Assembly (NCBI GenBank): GCA_018675635.1
Contig: JABGXU010000007.1
Span: 129,366-193,365, forward strand
From: Gammaproteobacteria bacterium
GTDB taxonomy: Bacteria > Pseudomonadota > Gammaproteobacteria > Poriferisulfidales > GCA-002705445
Direction: 5' to 3'
Length of the DNA stretch: 64,000 nt
Shown here: piece by piece, positions 47,997-59,148 of the stretch
How positions within the stretch are numbered: the stretch's first letter is position 1
Layout: each line of letters opens with the position of its first letter
Program-made: the position numbers and the translations under genes
Notes under the pieces: generated by a model
The model's input: the letters and a program-made list of their open reading frames with translations, nothing else
Told to the model about the DNA's origin: nothing
The model's database searches: none

Positions 47997-48611
47997 TTAT
48001 TTTTTTGCGTATATCCCAACATATATCCCATTTAGCAATATAAATGTTATAGGAAGAAAGATCCCTAAGATATAAAATTTGAATTTAACCCATGTTTCCT
48101 CCGGATATGATTGTGCAACATAAAGATTTAGAAAACCACACACTATAAAAAAAATAATCCAAGAATAAGACAGTAATACCCAGCTTTTATTCTCTAAATA
48201 TATTTGGTCTTTTAGTAGTTTTTTAATCATATTTTCTTTTTCCGATAGCAAGTTAAAAATAAAAAATATAGCAAATCCCCAATAAACAATAGAAGGTTTT
48301 ATTTTAATAAATAAGGGGTTTTTAAAAAATAAAGTACTGGAGCCTGCAATTATAATAATAATTAGGGTTATATAATGGATTTTTTTAACTTTCTTAAAGT
48401 AAAAAAGAAACAAAAATTGAATTGAGTATGAAATCATTAGAATTAATGTCGCAAAATATATACCACTAGATTTTTCAGGTGATAATGCAATATTAAATAT
48501 ACTATTAATTTCATATATATAGCTTATTGGGATATCTGTATAAAAAATATACGATAGAAAAAATAATAAAACAGGAATAAAATCAATAAATGCTTTCAAA
48601 TTACGCTCCAA
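47997..48611 (-). CDS. yciB: intracellular septation protein A (YciB family) with ~25-aa N-proximal insertion
   Basis: FIDFIPVLLFF N-terminus and C-terminal ETWVKFKFYILGIFLPITFILLNGIYV resemble E. coli YciB. 204 aa versus 179. Confidence 0.7.
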   Translation of the reverse strand: MERNLKAFIDFIPVLLFFLSYIFYTDIPISYIYEINSIFNIALSPEKSSGIYFATLILMISYSIQFLFLFYFKKVKKIHYITLIIIIIAGSSTLFFKNPLFIKIKPSIVYWGFAIFFIFNLLSEKENMIKKLLKDQIYLENKSWVLLSYSWIIFFIVCGFLNLYVAQSYPEETWVKFKFYILGIFLPITFILLNGIYVGIYAKK

Positions 48612-48689
48612 AAATTATATAAATATGTTAAGTTAATTTCATACTAATGATATAATATTAGTAGAAATAATAATACACATAGAGAGTCT

Positions 48690-49502
48690 ATGGATACTAA
48701 AGGCAGAGAAGTTAAAGATTTAAAAAATGTCAGTGTACCTCTAGCATATGTCAAAGGCCAACCATATCTAAATATTCCAAAAGATTTATATCTTCCGCCA
48801 GATGCTCTGCATATTGCTTTAGAATCATTCGAGGGTCCGTTAGATCTATTATTATATTTAATAAGAAGTCAGAATTTTGACATTTTAGAGTTACCTGTAG
48901 CTAAAATTACTGAACAGTACATTCAATATATTGATTTAATGCAAGAATTGAAATTGGAACTAGCTGCAGAATATATGCTTATGGCTGCGACACTAGCAGA
49001 AATAAAATCAAAATTTTTATTACCAGTAATTGAGGAGGACCTAGGGGAGGAAGATGACCCAAGGGCAGAATTAATAAGAAGATTGCAAGAATATGAAAGA
49101 TATAAAAAGGCTAGTCTAAATCTTGATTTGTTACCTAGAGTAGATCGTGATTTTTATCTATCAAAAAAAGTGCCGTATACTCCTATAAAAAAAGATGACA
49201 TATATCAGAATGTAGATTTAAATCAACTTGTCATGGTGTTTCATAAGCTTATGGAGCAAACAAAATTCTTAACCCCCCATGATGTTAAAAAAGATTTTTT
49301 ATCTGTTAGAGAAAAAATGACGTTAATTATGAATGCTTTAAAAAAAGAAGAGTACATAGACTTTAAGTTATTACTAGAAACTCATGAAGGGAAGTCAGGC
49401 CTAATAGTATCTTTTTTAGCAGTTTTAGAATTAATAAAATTAAGTCTAATTGATTGTGCTCAAGCAAATCAACATTCTGCTATTTATATTAAATTAAAGT
49501 AA
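48690..49502 (+). CDS. scpA: segregation and condensation protein A
   Basis: ScpA kleisin sequence. Followed by scpB. Confidence 0.85.
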   Translation: MDTKGREVKDLKNVSVPLAYVKGQPYLNIPKDLYLPPDALHIALESFEGPLDLLLYLIRSQNFDILELPVAKITEQYIQYIDLMQELKLELAAEYMLMAATLAEIKSKFLLPVIEEDLGEEDDPRAELIRRLQEYERYKKASLNLDLLPRVDRDFYLSKKVPYTPIKKDDIYQNVDLNQLVMVFHKLMEQTKFLTPHDVKKDFLSVREKMTLIMNALKKEEYIDFKLLLETHEGKSGLIVSFLAVLELIKLSLIDCAQANQHSAIYIKLK

Positions 49503-49521
49503 TAAATAAAGAGGGTAAAAT

Positions 49522-50157
49522 TTGGAAAATAATAAGATAAAGAAAATTATAGAATCTTTAATATTTTCTTCAGCAAGTCCTATAGCCATAAAAGAAATAA
49601 GAAGTTTTTTTTCCGATGAAAAAATTTCTACAAGTGTAGTTGAAAGTATTATAAAGGAACTTCAAGAGCAATATTTAACATCAGGAGTTAATCTTATAAA
49701 AGTGTCTACAGGATATAGATTTCAGGTCTCTGAAGATTGTAATGAATGGGTCTCTAAATTTTATCCAGAGAAGCCGCAAAGATATTCAAGGGCATTAATG
49801 GAGACTTTAGCATTGATTATTTATAAACAGCCTATCACCAGAACAGAAATAGAAGCTGTTAGAGGCGTTAGTGTTAGTAGTAATATTATTAAAACATTGC
49901 TTGAGAGAGAGTGGATAAAAATATTAGGCTATAAAGATGTGCCGGGAAAACCAGCGATTTTTGGCTCTACAAAAGAATTTCTTAATTCTCATAATTTAAA
50001 TTCACTAAGCCAGCTTCCAAAATTAGATGATATTATTGAATTGTCTGAGCAAGCTAAGGCCCAGCTAGGTCTTCCAGATATTAACCAAGAAGATCAAAAA
50101 AGCTTAAATATAAACCTCGAAGATGGTGATAATCTCGATAGTGAGAATATTCATTAA
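49522..50157 (+). CDS. scpB: segregation and condensation protein B
   Basis: ScpB winged-helix repeats. Confidence 0.85.
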   Translation: MENNKIKKIIESLIFSSASPIAIKEIRSFFSDEKISTSVVESIIKELQEQYLTSGVNLIKVSTGYRFQVSEDCNEWVSKFYPEKPQRYSRALMETLALIIYKQPITRTEIEAVRGVSVSSNIIKTLLEREWIKILGYKDVPGKPAIFGSTKEFLNSHNLNSLSQLPKLDDIIELSEQAKAQLGLPDINQEDQKSLNINLEDGDNLDSENIH

Positions 50158-50291
50158 AAAAATTAAAGTTTTTTGAATTTTTCCAAATTTTATAACCCAT
50201 TTTGGCTATTTTGGCTTGAGTAATCTGGAATATTAGAATATATTGTCGTACCATCAAGGTAATTAATAATTAAAATACAAATGGTAATAAC

Positions 50292-51443
50292 ATGAAAATA
50301 TCAATTCCAAAAGAAAATAGAGAAGGAGAAACAAGAGTTGCAGCTTCTCCAGAAGTAGTTAAAAAATTTATTGCTATGGGTTTTGATGTCACTATACAAA
50401 GTGGTGCAGGATTAAATTCAGGATTTACAGATGAAATATTTAAAGGTGCAGGCGCTAAAATAGCTGCAGACACAAAATCTACTCTAGAGAATGCAGATAT
50501 AATATTTAAAATTCAACGCTTAATGACATCAAATGATGGTATTAATGAAATTTCAATGTGTAAAAAAGATGCGATAGTAATTGCACATATGTCAGCTCTA
50601 AGCACTAAAAAAGATTCAGAAGAATATGCAAAAGCATCATTAACTACTTTTGCTATGGACTTAATGCCAAGAATTAGTAGAGCACAATCAATGGATGTTT
50701 TATCATCACAGTCTAATTTATCTGGATATCAAGCTGTAATAAAAGGTGCAAGCAATTATAATAGTGCTTTTCCAATGATGATGACAGCAGCTGGGACAGT
50801 GGCTCCAGCAAAAGTCTTTATAATGGGTGTTGGAGTTGCAGGATTACAAGCAATTGCAACAGCTAAGAGAATGGGAGCTATTGTTACAGCATATGACGTT
50901 AGAGCTGCTACTAAAGAGCAAGTTGAAAGTTTAGGTGGAAAATTTCTTATAGTAGATGAAGAAGCTATGAAAGAGGCTGAAACATCAGGTGGTTACGCAA
51001 AAGAAATGACTGAAGAATATAAGAAAAAAGAACAAGAAGTGATTAAAAATCACATTAAAGATCAAGATATCGTAATTACTACTGCTTTAATACCAGGTAG
51101 GCCTGCTCCAAAATTAGTGACAGCAGAGATGGTTAAATTAATGAGAACAGGATCAGTTGTAGTTGACTTAGCTGCAGAAATGGGCGGTAACTGTGAGTTA
51201 ACAAAAAGAAATGAAGTGGTTAATGCTAATGGCGTAAAGATCGTTGGGTTTGATAACTTACCAGGCGAGCTTCCAAAAGATGCTAGTACATTATTTGCAA
51301 AAAATTTACTTAACTTTCTTTCCCCGCATGTTAATAGTGAAACAAAAAGTTTAGAGTTAGACTGGGAAGATGAGACAGTAAAAAATACCTTAGTAACAAA
51401 AGGTGGCAGTATAGTAAGTGAAATCGTTAAAGGAGTTTCATAA
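50292..51443 (+). CDS. pntAA: NAD(P) transhydrogenase subunit alpha part 1
   Basis: Alanine-dehydrogenase-like dI domain with Rossmann GVGVAGLQAI. Confidence 0.9.
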   Translation: MKISIPKENREGETRVAASPEVVKKFIAMGFDVTIQSGAGLNSGFTDEIFKGAGAKIAADTKSTLENADIIFKIQRLMTSNDGINEISMCKKDAIVIAHMSALSTKKDSEEYAKASLTTFAMDLMPRISRAQSMDVLSSQSNLSGYQAVIKGASNYNSAFPMMMTAAGTVAPAKVFIMGVGVAGLQAIATAKRMGAIVTAYDVRAATKEQVESLGGKFLIVDEEAMKEAETSGGYAKEMTEEYKKKEQEVIKNHIKDQDIVITTALIPGRPAPKLVTAEMVKLMRTGSVVVDLAAEMGGNCELTKRNEVVNANGVKIVGFDNLPGELPKDASTLFAKNLLNFLSPHVNSETKSLELDWEDETVKNTLVTKGGSIVSEIVKGVS

Positions 51444-51727
51444 TGGAATTTTTAAGTTTTTTTTCAATTTTTGTATTATCAGTATTTGTAGGGTTTTATG
51501 TTGTGTGGGGTGTAACACCAGCATTGCATTCACCATTACTTGCTGTAACAAATGCAATATCATCAGTAATCATCGTTGGTGGCCTTATTGCCGCAGTTGC
51601 TAGTACGGGCGTAGACCTATCTAGCACAATGGGATTAATCGCTGTTCTTTTAGCATCTGTAAATATATTTGGTGGTTTTATGGTTGCGCAAAGAATGTTA
51701 GCAATGTTTAAAAAGAAAAATAAATAG
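51443..51727 (+). CDS. pntAB: NAD(P) transhydrogenase subunit alpha part 2 (membrane)
   Basis: 94-aa, 3-TM protein between pntAA and pntB. Confidence 0.85.
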   Translation: MEFLSFFSIFVLSVFVGFYVVWGVTPALHSPLLAVTNAISSVIIVGGLIAAVASTGVDLSSTMGLIAVLLASVNIFGGFMVAQRMLAMFKKKNK

Positions 51728-51737
51728 GTAAATATAA

Positions 51738-53150
51738 ATGAATACAATAATTTTTGGTTTTGCATATCTTCTTTCAGGTGTACTTTTTATCTTAGCATTA
51801 AAAGGATTGTCATCTCCTGTGTCGGCTAGAAAAGGAAATACATACGGAATGATAGGAATGACAATAGCAGTAGTAACAACATTATTGATACATGGGTCAG
51901 GTTTAGATTTATCAAGATATACAAATTTAATTATAGCAGTTGCAATAGGTGGTACTATCGGATCTATTCTTGCTAGAAAAATTAGTATGACAGCTTTACC
52001 ACAATTGGTAGCTGCATTTCATAGTTTAGTTGGTTTAGCGGCTGTATTTGTTGCTATTGGAGCTTATAAAAACCCAGAAGCATTTTTTGCTGGTGGAATC
52101 ATAAGTACAGGCAGCATGATAGAAATGAGTTTAGGATTAGCAATTGGAGCAATAACATTTTCTGGTTCCGTTGTAGCATTTGCAAAATTACAAGGTTTGG
52201 TAAGCGGAAACCCATTAGTATTTAAAGGACAGCATTTAATTAATCTAGTTATATTTCTTGCTATTTTAGTTTTAATCTATATGGCAGCAATGGATATTAA
52301 AACTGAGCAATATTTTTGGGCAATTGTAGGCCTATCATTTCTTATAGGCTTTCTAGTAGTTCTTCCAATTGGTGGAGCAGATATGCCAGTAGTAGTATCT
52401 ATGCTTAACTCGTATTCAGGTTGGGCAGCATGCGGTATTGGATTTACTTTGCAAAATACAGCATTGATTATTACTGGAGCTTTAGTAGGTTCATCTGGAG
52501 CAATATTAAGTTACATAATGTGTAAAGGCATGAATAGATCAATTGTGAGCGTTTTACTGGGTGGGTTTGGTGGTGATGCGGCGGATCCAGCAATGGCATC
52601 TGGAAGTGCGCAACAAGGTACCGTTAAACGAGGTAGTGCTGATGATGCATCATTTATCATGAGTAATGCTCAAAAAGTTATTATAGTTCCAGGATACGGA
52701 ATGGCAGTTGCACAAGCTCAACATGCTTTAAGAGAAATGTGTGACATTCTTAAAGAAAAAGGTGTTGAGGTAAGGTATGCAATTCATCCGGTAGCAGGAA
52801 GAATGCCAGGACATATGAATGTTTTATTAGCGGAAGCAAATGTTCCCTATGACGAAGTATTTGAGTTAGAAGCAATTAATCACGAGTTTGCTACAGCAGA
52901 CGTAGCTTTTGTAATCGGTGCTAATGATGTTACTAACCCTCTTGCAAAAACTGACCCAACAAGTCCTATTTATGGAATGCCTATATTAGATGTAGAAAAA
53001 GCTGCGACAACATTATTCATTAAAAGATCATTAGCGACAGGTTATGCTGGTGTTGATAATGATCTATTTTTCAGAGATAAGACTATGATGTTATTAGGCG
53101 ATGCAAAAAAAATGACAGAAGAAATAGTGCAGGCTCTAAATTTAAACTAA
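51738..53150 (+). CDS. pntB: NAD(P) transhydrogenase subunit beta
   Basis: Membrane dII domain plus NADP(H)-binding dIII domain (VIIVPGYGMAVAQAQH). Confidence 0.95.
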   Translation: MNTIIFGFAYLLSGVLFILALKGLSSPVSARKGNTYGMIGMTIAVVTTLLIHGSGLDLSRYTNLIIAVAIGGTIGSILARKISMTALPQLVAAFHSLVGLAAVFVAIGAYKNPEAFFAGGIISTGSMIEMSLGLAIGAITFSGSVVAFAKLQGLVSGNPLVFKGQHLINLVIFLAILVLIYMAAMDIKTEQYFWAIVGLSFLIGFLVVLPIGGADMPVVVSMLNSYSGWAACGIGFTLQNTALIITGALVGSSGAILSYIMCKGMNRSIVSVLLGGFGGDAADPAMASGSAQQGTVKRGSADDASFIMSNAQKVIIVPGYGMAVAQAQHALREMCDILKEKGVEVRYAIHPVAGRMPGHMNVLLAEANVPYDEVFELEAINHEFATADVAFVIGANDVTNPLAKTDPTSPIYGMPILDVEKAATTLFIKRSLATGYAGVDNDLFFRDKTMMLLGDAKKMTEEIVQALNLN

Positions 53151-53806
53151 ACTATTAAATTTTTTAAATCTAATGGGGTTTTGATTATATAATCACTACT
53201 CCATTTTTTTATTTCATTTAAGTCATCAATAAAACCATAAGAAGCAATAACTGAAAACATTCCTGCAGCATTAGCAGCAACAATATCTCTAATATCATCA
53301 CCAATATAAGCACAGTAAATAGGATTACAATTTAATAATTTGGCCGCATACAATAAAGGTTCTGGATTAGGTTTTTTAACATTTAATGTATCTCCAGAAA
53401 CTACACAATAAGGTTTATGTTTAAGATTTAATAAATTAATTATGGGGTTAACTAAGAATCCAGGTTTATTAGTAACTATTCCCCACTTATAATTATTACT
53501 AATAATAAAATTCATAATTTCTTCAATGCCTTCATAAATATGAGTTTCATAAAAAATATTCATTTTATATATATCTAAATATTCTTTAATAAATTCATTT
53601 CTAGCTTTTGGGTCAAGGTCAGGACATGCAAAATCAATTAAACCGCCAGAACCTTTTGAAATAATATTTTTAGCTAAATCCAAATTAACTTTTTTAAGAG
53701 AATGATTTTCTAATAATATGTTTAAACAATTTATCATATCTGAAGATGTATTAGCAAAAGTACCGTCAAAATCAAATAAAAAAGCATCAATTTTTCTATT
53801 AATCAT
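53147..53806 (-). CDS. HAD-family phosphatase (phosphoglycolate phosphatase Gph / MupP-like)
   Basis: HAD motif I FLFDFDGTFAN and motif IV GDDIRDI. Co-directional with and overlapping ubiG, as for mupP in Pseudomonas. Confidence 0.7.
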   Translation of the reverse strand: MINRKIDAFLFDFDGTFANTSSDMINCLNILLENHSLKKVNLDLAKNIISKGSGGLIDFACPDLDPKARNEFIKEYLDIYKMNIFYETHIYEGIEEIMNFIISNNYKWGIVTNKPGFLVNPIINLLNLKHKPYCVVSGDTLNVKKPNPEPLLYAAKLLNCNPIYCAYIGDDIRDIVAANAAGMFSVIASYGFIDDLNEIKKWSSDYIIKTPLDLKNLIV

Positions 53807-54497
53807 AATTTTTTCTACAGTGTAATATATAGTTTACTTTTGGGTTATTAGATTCATAGAATTTTTTAGCTAGGATATTATAATTAATACCTTTTATATT
53901 TTTAATAACAAGTGAATTTTTTCTCAGTATATTAAAAAATTCAGATGGTTTTATAAAATTTTTATAATTATGTGTTCCTTTAGGCAGAATATTTAAAATA
54001 TACTCAGCACCGATAATGGAAATTAAATACGAGATTAGATTTCTATTTAATGTTGAAAAAAATAAATCAGATTTTTTGTTTGTTATATTTATACAATCTT
54101 TTATGAGCTTTTCAGGATCAGGAACATGCTCTATAAGTTCTAAACATGTCAGAACGTCATATCTTTTTTTTGTTTTTTTTATTAAATTTTCTAGGCTAAT
54201 CTTTTGATAATCTATATTTAAATCTTTTAGTGATTGATGTGTTTTTGCTATTTCTATAGCATCTTCTGATAAATCTATTCCGGTTATATCTGTATCTTTT
54301 GAAGCAAGATTTTCACACAAAAGTCCACCGCCACAACCAACATCAATTAGCGATTTATTTTTTAAATTTATTTGATTTTTAATAAAATTAGTCCTAATGG
54401 GATTTAACATATGAAGCGGTTTAAACGGGCCTTCAGGATCCCACCAACTGTAAGAAATATCATTAAATTTTTGAACTTCTTTTTCGTCTACATTCAT
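53799..54497 (-). CDS. ubiG: bifunctional 3-demethylubiquinone 3-O-methyltransferase / 2-polyprenyl-6-hydroxyphenol methylase
   Basis: SAM motif VGCGGGLL and UbiG-like N-terminus (FNDISYSWWDPEGPFKPLH). Divergent from gyrA as in E. coli. Confidence 0.9.
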   Translation of the reverse strand: MNVDEKEVQKFNDISYSWWDPEGPFKPLHMLNPIRTNFIKNQINLKNKSLIDVGCGGGLLCENLASKDTDITGIDLSEDAIEIAKTHQSLKDLNIDYQKISLENLIKKTKKRYDVLTCLELIEHVPDPEKLIKDCINITNKKSDLFFSTLNRNLISYLISIIGAEYILNILPKGTHNYKNFIKPSEFFNILRKNSLVIKNIKGINYNILAKKFYESNNPKVNYILHCRKNYD

Positions 54498-54636
54498 ATT
54501 TAATATATTATAATATTTGCACTAAATAAGCATTATATGTCACTTATATTCGCTAATTTTTGTTGTTAATCTAGTGAAAAAAACCTACTCATGGTAGAAT
54601 ATAAGTCATTCCAATAAGTAAATTTATAGAGTCACA

Positions 54637-57180
54637 ATGGTAGATTTTGCAAAAAATTTAGAAACCGTTTCTATTGAAGATGAGACAAAACAAGCTTATC
54701 TAGAATATGCTATGAGTGTAATTATTGGAAGGGCTTTACCAGATATTCGAGATGGCTTGAAGCCAGTTCATCGCAGGGTTCTTTATGCTATGGAAGCGAT
54801 GGGAAATTATTCAAATAAACCATATAAAAAATCAGCTCGTGTTGTTGGTGACGTTATAGGTAAGTATCATCCTCATGGGGATACTGCTGCATACGATACA
54901 ATTGTACGAATGGCACAGAATTTCTCAATGCGTTATGTTCTTGTAGATGGGCAAGGAAACTTTGGGTCTATTGATGGTGATTCTCCAGCGGCAATGAGAT
55001 ATACAGAAGTACGCATGGCCAAGATTGCACATGAAATATTATCTGATTTAGATAAAGAGACGGTTGACTTCAGGCCTAATTATGATGAAACAGAAATTGA
55101 GCCAGTAGTTCTTCCAACAAGAATTCCCAATCTTCTAGTTAATGGGTCTTCAGGTATTGCTGTAGGTATGGCTACAAATATACCACCGCACAACTTAACA
55201 GAAGTAATTGATGCTGCAATACAACTAAGTAAGAAACCAGACATGACTATTAATGATTTAATGGAATATATACCTGGCCCAGATTTTCCAACAGCTGGAA
55301 TAATAACAACAGATAAGAACGAAGTTAATGGAATTGAATCTGCATATAATAGTGGTAAAGGCAGAGTAATAATGCAAGCCATGACAAATATTGAGATAGA
55401 TAAAAAAACTTCACGTGAAAAAATAATTATTACTGAATTACCCTATCAAGTTAATAAGGCTAGATTAATTGAAAAAATTGCTGAATTAGTGAGAGATAAA
55501 AAATTAGAAGGAATATCTGAGTTAAGAGATGAGTCTGACAAAGATGGAATGAGAGTTGTAATAGAGCTAAAAAAATCAGAGATTTCTGGAGTGTTATTAA
55601 ATAATTTATTTCAACAAACTCAAATGAGAACATCATTTAGTATAAATATGGTTGCTTTAATAGATGGAAAACCAAGAACTGTAAATTTAAAAGAGATACT
55701 GGCGGCCTTTATAGACCATAGAAAAGTTATAGTTACGCGAAGAACTATTTATGAATTAAAAAAAGCTAGAGAAAAAGCACACATATTAGAAGGTTTGGCG
55801 GTAGCATTATCTAACATCGACAAAATAATAAAACTTATCAAGGAGTCAAAAAATTCACAAGAAGCTAAAAATAAACTTTTATCTACAAAATGGGAAGCAG
55901 GACTAATATTAAAAATGCTTGATAATATTAATGGGTCTTTAACAAAACCTGAAAATTTAAGTCAAGACCTTGGTTTAAAAAAAGACAAATATCTTTTGTC
56001 TGACAATCAAGCTCAGGCTATTTTAGAAATGAAATTAAGTAGGTTAACAGCATTAGAGCAAGATAAAATATTTTTAGATTATAAAGACCTTGTAGATGCA
56101 ATAAAAAAATATCAGCTTATTTTAAATGATAAAAATATTTTAATGAAATTGATAAGAACAGAGTTAGAAGAAGTGAAAAACACTTATGGAGACGAAAGAA
56201 AAACGCAATTTCAAAAACTCGTTAATTTTTCTAAAGAAGATTTAACGAAAGAAGAAGATTTAGTTGTTACTCTCTCACATGCTGGATATGTTAAAGCTCA
56301 GCCTGTAGATATATATAAATCACAAAGAAGAGGTGGTAAAGGAAAAACTGCCACAACAGTAAAAGATGAAGATTTTATTGAGAAATTATTTGTAGCTAAT
56401 TCTCATGATACAATTTTATGTTTTTCAAGTCTTGGAAAAGTCTATTGGTTAAGAGTTTACGATGTTCCTCAGTCAGGAAGATCTGCTAAAGGCAAACCAA
56501 TTATAAATTTATTACCTTTGCAGCAGTATGAAATAATAACGGCGATTCAAAAAATTGATACCTATGATGATGATTTATTTGTTTTTATGGCTACCAGTAG
56601 AGGCATAGTTAAGAAAACTAAACTTGTGAATTTTTCAAGACCAAGAAGTTCAGGAATATTGGCTATAAATTTAAAAGATGGAGATAATTTGATAGAAGCA
56701 AGCATAACTAATGGAAAAAAAGAGATCATGCTTTTCTCTAGCGCAGGAAAAACTATTAGGTTTAATGAAGCTGATGTAAAATCAGTTGGTAGAACAGCTG
56801 CCGGTGTTAAAGGTATTTCTATAACGAAAGATTATTCTGTAATAAGTATGATTACTAGTGAAACAAATGATACTGATGATATTCTTATAGCTACAGAAAA
56901 TGGATACGGGAAAAGGACTAAAATTAATGCATTTTCTCCACAGAAGAGAGGTGGAAAAGGTGTTATTGCCGTTAAAACTTCTGAACGTAACGGTCAAGTA
57001 ACTGGAGCTTTAAAAGTTAAGAAAAATGATGATTTAATGCTTATTACAAATCATGGTACCTTAGTAAGGACTACGATAAAGTCTATTTCTCAATTAGGAA
57101 GAAATACGCAAGGAGTGAGATTAATAAAGTTGAGTAAGGGTGAAAAATTGTCCCAACTTGAAAAAGTAGAAGAAACATAA
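54637..57180 (+). CDS. gyrA: DNA gyrase subunit A
   Basis: [33 protein letters not shown] region [14 protein letters not shown], active-site Tyr region, C-terminal beta-pinwheel repeats. Confidence 0.97.
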   Translation: MVDFAKNLETVSIEDETKQAYLEYAMSVIIGRALPDIRDGLKPVHRRVLYAMEAMGNYSNKPYKKSARVVGDVIGKYHPHGDTAAYDTIVRMAQNFSMRYVLVDGQGNFGSIDGDSPAAMRYTEVRMAKIAHEILSDLDKETVDFRPNYDETEIEPVVLPTRIPNLLVNGSSGIAVGMATNIPPHNLTEVIDAAIQLSKKPDMTINDLMEYIPGPDFPTAGIITTDKNEVNGIESAYNSGKGRVIMQAMTNIEIDKKTSREKIIITELPYQVNKARLIEKIAELVRDKKLEGISELRDESDKDGMRVVIELKKSEISGVLLNNLFQQTQMRTSFSINMVALIDGKPRTVNLKEILAAFIDHRKVIVTRRTIYELKKAREKAHILEGLAVALSNIDKIIKLIKESKNSQEAKNKLLSTKWEAGLILKMLDNINGSLTKPENLSQDLGLKKDKYLLSDNQAQAILEMKLSRLTALEQDKIFLDYKDLVDAIKKYQLILNDKNILMKLIRTELEEVKNTYGDERKTQFQKLVNFSKEDLTKEEDLVVTLSHAGYVKAQPVDIYKSQRRGGKGKTATTVKDEDFIEKLFVANSHDTILCFSSLGKVYWLRVYDVPQSGRSAKGKPIINLLPLQQYEIITAIQKIDTYDDDLFVFMATSRGIVKKTKLVNFSRPRSSGILAINLKDGDNLIEASITNGKKEIMLFSSAGKTIRFNEADVKSVGRTAAGVKGISITKDYSVISMITSETNDTDDILIATENGYGKRTKINAFSPQKRGGKGVIAVKTSERNGQVTGALKVKKNDDLMLITNHGTLVRTTIKSISQLGRNTQGVRLIKLSKGEKLSQLEKVEET

Positions 57181-57190
57181 GTGTATTTAT

Positions 57191-58273
57191 ATGAGTAAAG
57201 ATATTAAAAAAATTAGAGATAAAATAGATTCGTTAGATAATAAAATATTAGAGTTATTAAATGATAGGGCAGGACTAGCTGTAAATATATCTAAAGAAAA
57301 ACAAAAGTCTAAAGATATTGATAACTTTTATAACCCAGAACGTGAAGCCCAAGTTATTAGTCGAATTAAAGAATTAAATCAAGGACCATTGTCAGACGAG
57401 GGTATATTAAAGATATATAGAGAATTAATGTCCGCATGTTTGTCCCTTGAAGCACCTTTAAAAGTTTCATATTTAGGCCCGGAAGGTACATACACACACC
57501 TAGCTACACAAAACCATTTCGGAGCATCAGTTATATCAATGTCTTATTCTTCTGTTGAGGATGTTTTTATGTCTGTTGAAAAAAGAGATTCACATTATGG
57601 TGTTGTACCTGTTGAAAATTCAACACAGGGCATAGTTTCGTCTACGTTAGATATGTTTATGAAATCATCTCTTAGGATTTCTGGTGAGATTGAAACATCC
57701 ATAAAACATAATGTTTTATCAAAATCTAATAGTTTAGAAAGCATAAAAAAAATATATGCACATCCTCAGTCTTTTGCTCAGTGTAAGCAATGGCTGGAAA
57801 AAAATTACCCAAAGATAGAAAAGGTTAATGTGCTCAGTAATGCTGAGGCAGCTTTAATTGCTTCTAGGGAAAAAAATTCTGCAGCTATAGCCAGTATAGT
57901 TGCTGCAGATATTTATAAATTAAATGTCCTAAATAAAAATATTGAAGACAATCATAATAATTCAACTAGATTTTTAGTAATAGGAGAAAGGGATACTAAT
58001 CCATCTGGAAATGATAAAACAAGCATAATAGTTTCAACTAAAAATGATTCTGGAGCTTTGTATGGTTTATTAGAGCCATTATCAAAATACAAAGTGAGTA
58101 TGACAAGAATAGAGTCAAGACCTTCAAAACATAATAACTGGGAGTATATTTTTTTCTTAGATTTAGATGGGCATATAAAGGATGAATCATTGAAAAAAGC
58201 TAATGAAGAAATTAAAAAGGAAGCGAGTTTATATAGATTTTTAGGTTCGTATCCAGCAGCCATAAGCAAATAA
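57191..58273 (+). CDS. pheA: bifunctional chorismate mutase / prephenate dehydratase (P-protein)
   Basis: N-terminal CM domain (IRDKIDSLDNKILELLNDRAGLAV), PDT domain, C-terminal ACT domain (ESRPS motif). Confidence 0.9.
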   Translation: MSKDIKKIRDKIDSLDNKILELLNDRAGLAVNISKEKQKSKDIDNFYNPEREAQVISRIKELNQGPLSDEGILKIYRELMSACLSLEAPLKVSYLGPEGTYTHLATQNHFGASVISMSYSSVEDVFMSVEKRDSHYGVVPVENSTQGIVSSTLDMFMKSSLRISGEIETSIKHNVLSKSNSLESIKKIYAHPQSFAQCKQWLEKNYPKIEKVNVLSNAEAALIASREKNSAAIASIVAADIYKLNVLNKNIEDNHNNSTRFLVIGERDTNPSGNDKTSIIVSTKNDSGALYGLLEPLSKYKVSMTRIESRPSKHNNWEYIFFLDLDGHIKDESLKKANEEIKKEASLYRFLGSYPAAISK

Positions 58274-58274
58274 A

Positions 58275-59141
58275 ATGCCAAAGAATATAAATAGTAAAAA
58301 TAATAATATTTTAGTTATAGGCTTAGGATTAATAGGTTCTTCACTTTGTAGAGCATTAAAAAACAGTTCTTATTCTGAAAAAATATGCGGATACGACCAT
58401 GATAAAGAAGTTATGGAATATGCTGTTGAACATAATTTTGTTGATGAAAGTATAAAAGATCTTAAAAGTGGTATTAAAGAAGCTGATTTAGTTATTATAT
58501 GCGTTCCTGTTCATCAAGTTAAAAAAATATTAGATATATCTAAAGATTTCTTTAACACGAAAAAAGTTTTTACGGATACATTAAGCGTAAAAAATCCTAT
58601 TTTAGATTTTTTAGCTAAAAATAATTTATCTAATATAGATAATTTAATATTTTCCCATCCAATGGCTGGTACAGAGCATTCTGGTATTATAAATTCTAAG
58701 GAGGACTTGTTTTTAAATGCAACAACAATAATAAATCCATTATGTAATTCTAGTTTAGAATGCATTAATATCGTTACAGAACTTTGGAAGGCAATTAATT
58801 GCAATATAGTAGAGTTTGATGCTTCTAATCATGACAGTCTTTTGGCAGCTATAAGTCATGCGCCACATTTTATTTCATTTGTATTATCTAAAAAAATGAA
58901 TGATTTAGAATTTTCCGATATTGATTTTTTGCCAACAAAAACACCAAGTCTTTTAGATATGACTAGAATTGCTAATAGTGATCCTGAAGCTTGGGCAAGT
59001 ATTTTTTTAGAAAATGAAAATGCATTATGCAATTTTATTGATGAATATATAAAAGAATTAAGTGAATTAAAGTACAAAATTAAATCAAATAATTTTGATG
59101 ATATTTTTTCGTATTTAAAAAAATCAAAACCTATTAAATAG
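58275..59141 (+). CDS. tyrA: prephenate dehydrogenase
   Basis: Rossmann ILVIGLGLIGSSL and PDH domain. pheA-tyrA-aroA-cmk-rpsA-ihfB gene order. Confidence 0.85.
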   Translation: MPKNINSKNNNILVIGLGLIGSSLCRALKNSSYSEKICGYDHDKEVMEYAVEHNFVDESIKDLKSGIKEADLVIICVPVHQVKKILDISKDFFNTKKVFTDTLSVKNPILDFLAKNNLSNIDNLIFSHPMAGTEHSGIINSKEDLFLNATTIINPLCNSSLECINIVTELWKAINCNIVEFDASNHDSLLAAISHAPHFISFVLSKKMNDLEFSDIDFLPTKTPSLLDMTRIANSDPEAWASIFLENENALCNFIDEYIKELSELKYKIKSNNFDDIFSYLKKSKPIK

Positions 59142-59148
59142 TTTACTT

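Noticed and set aside
51418-51765. Two overlapping ORFs (61 aa plus strand, 89 aa minus strand) across the pntAA/pntAB junction
   Set aside because: The pntAB frame (51443-51727) gives a canonical 3-TM alpha-2 subunit. The others are out-of-frame or antisense readings.
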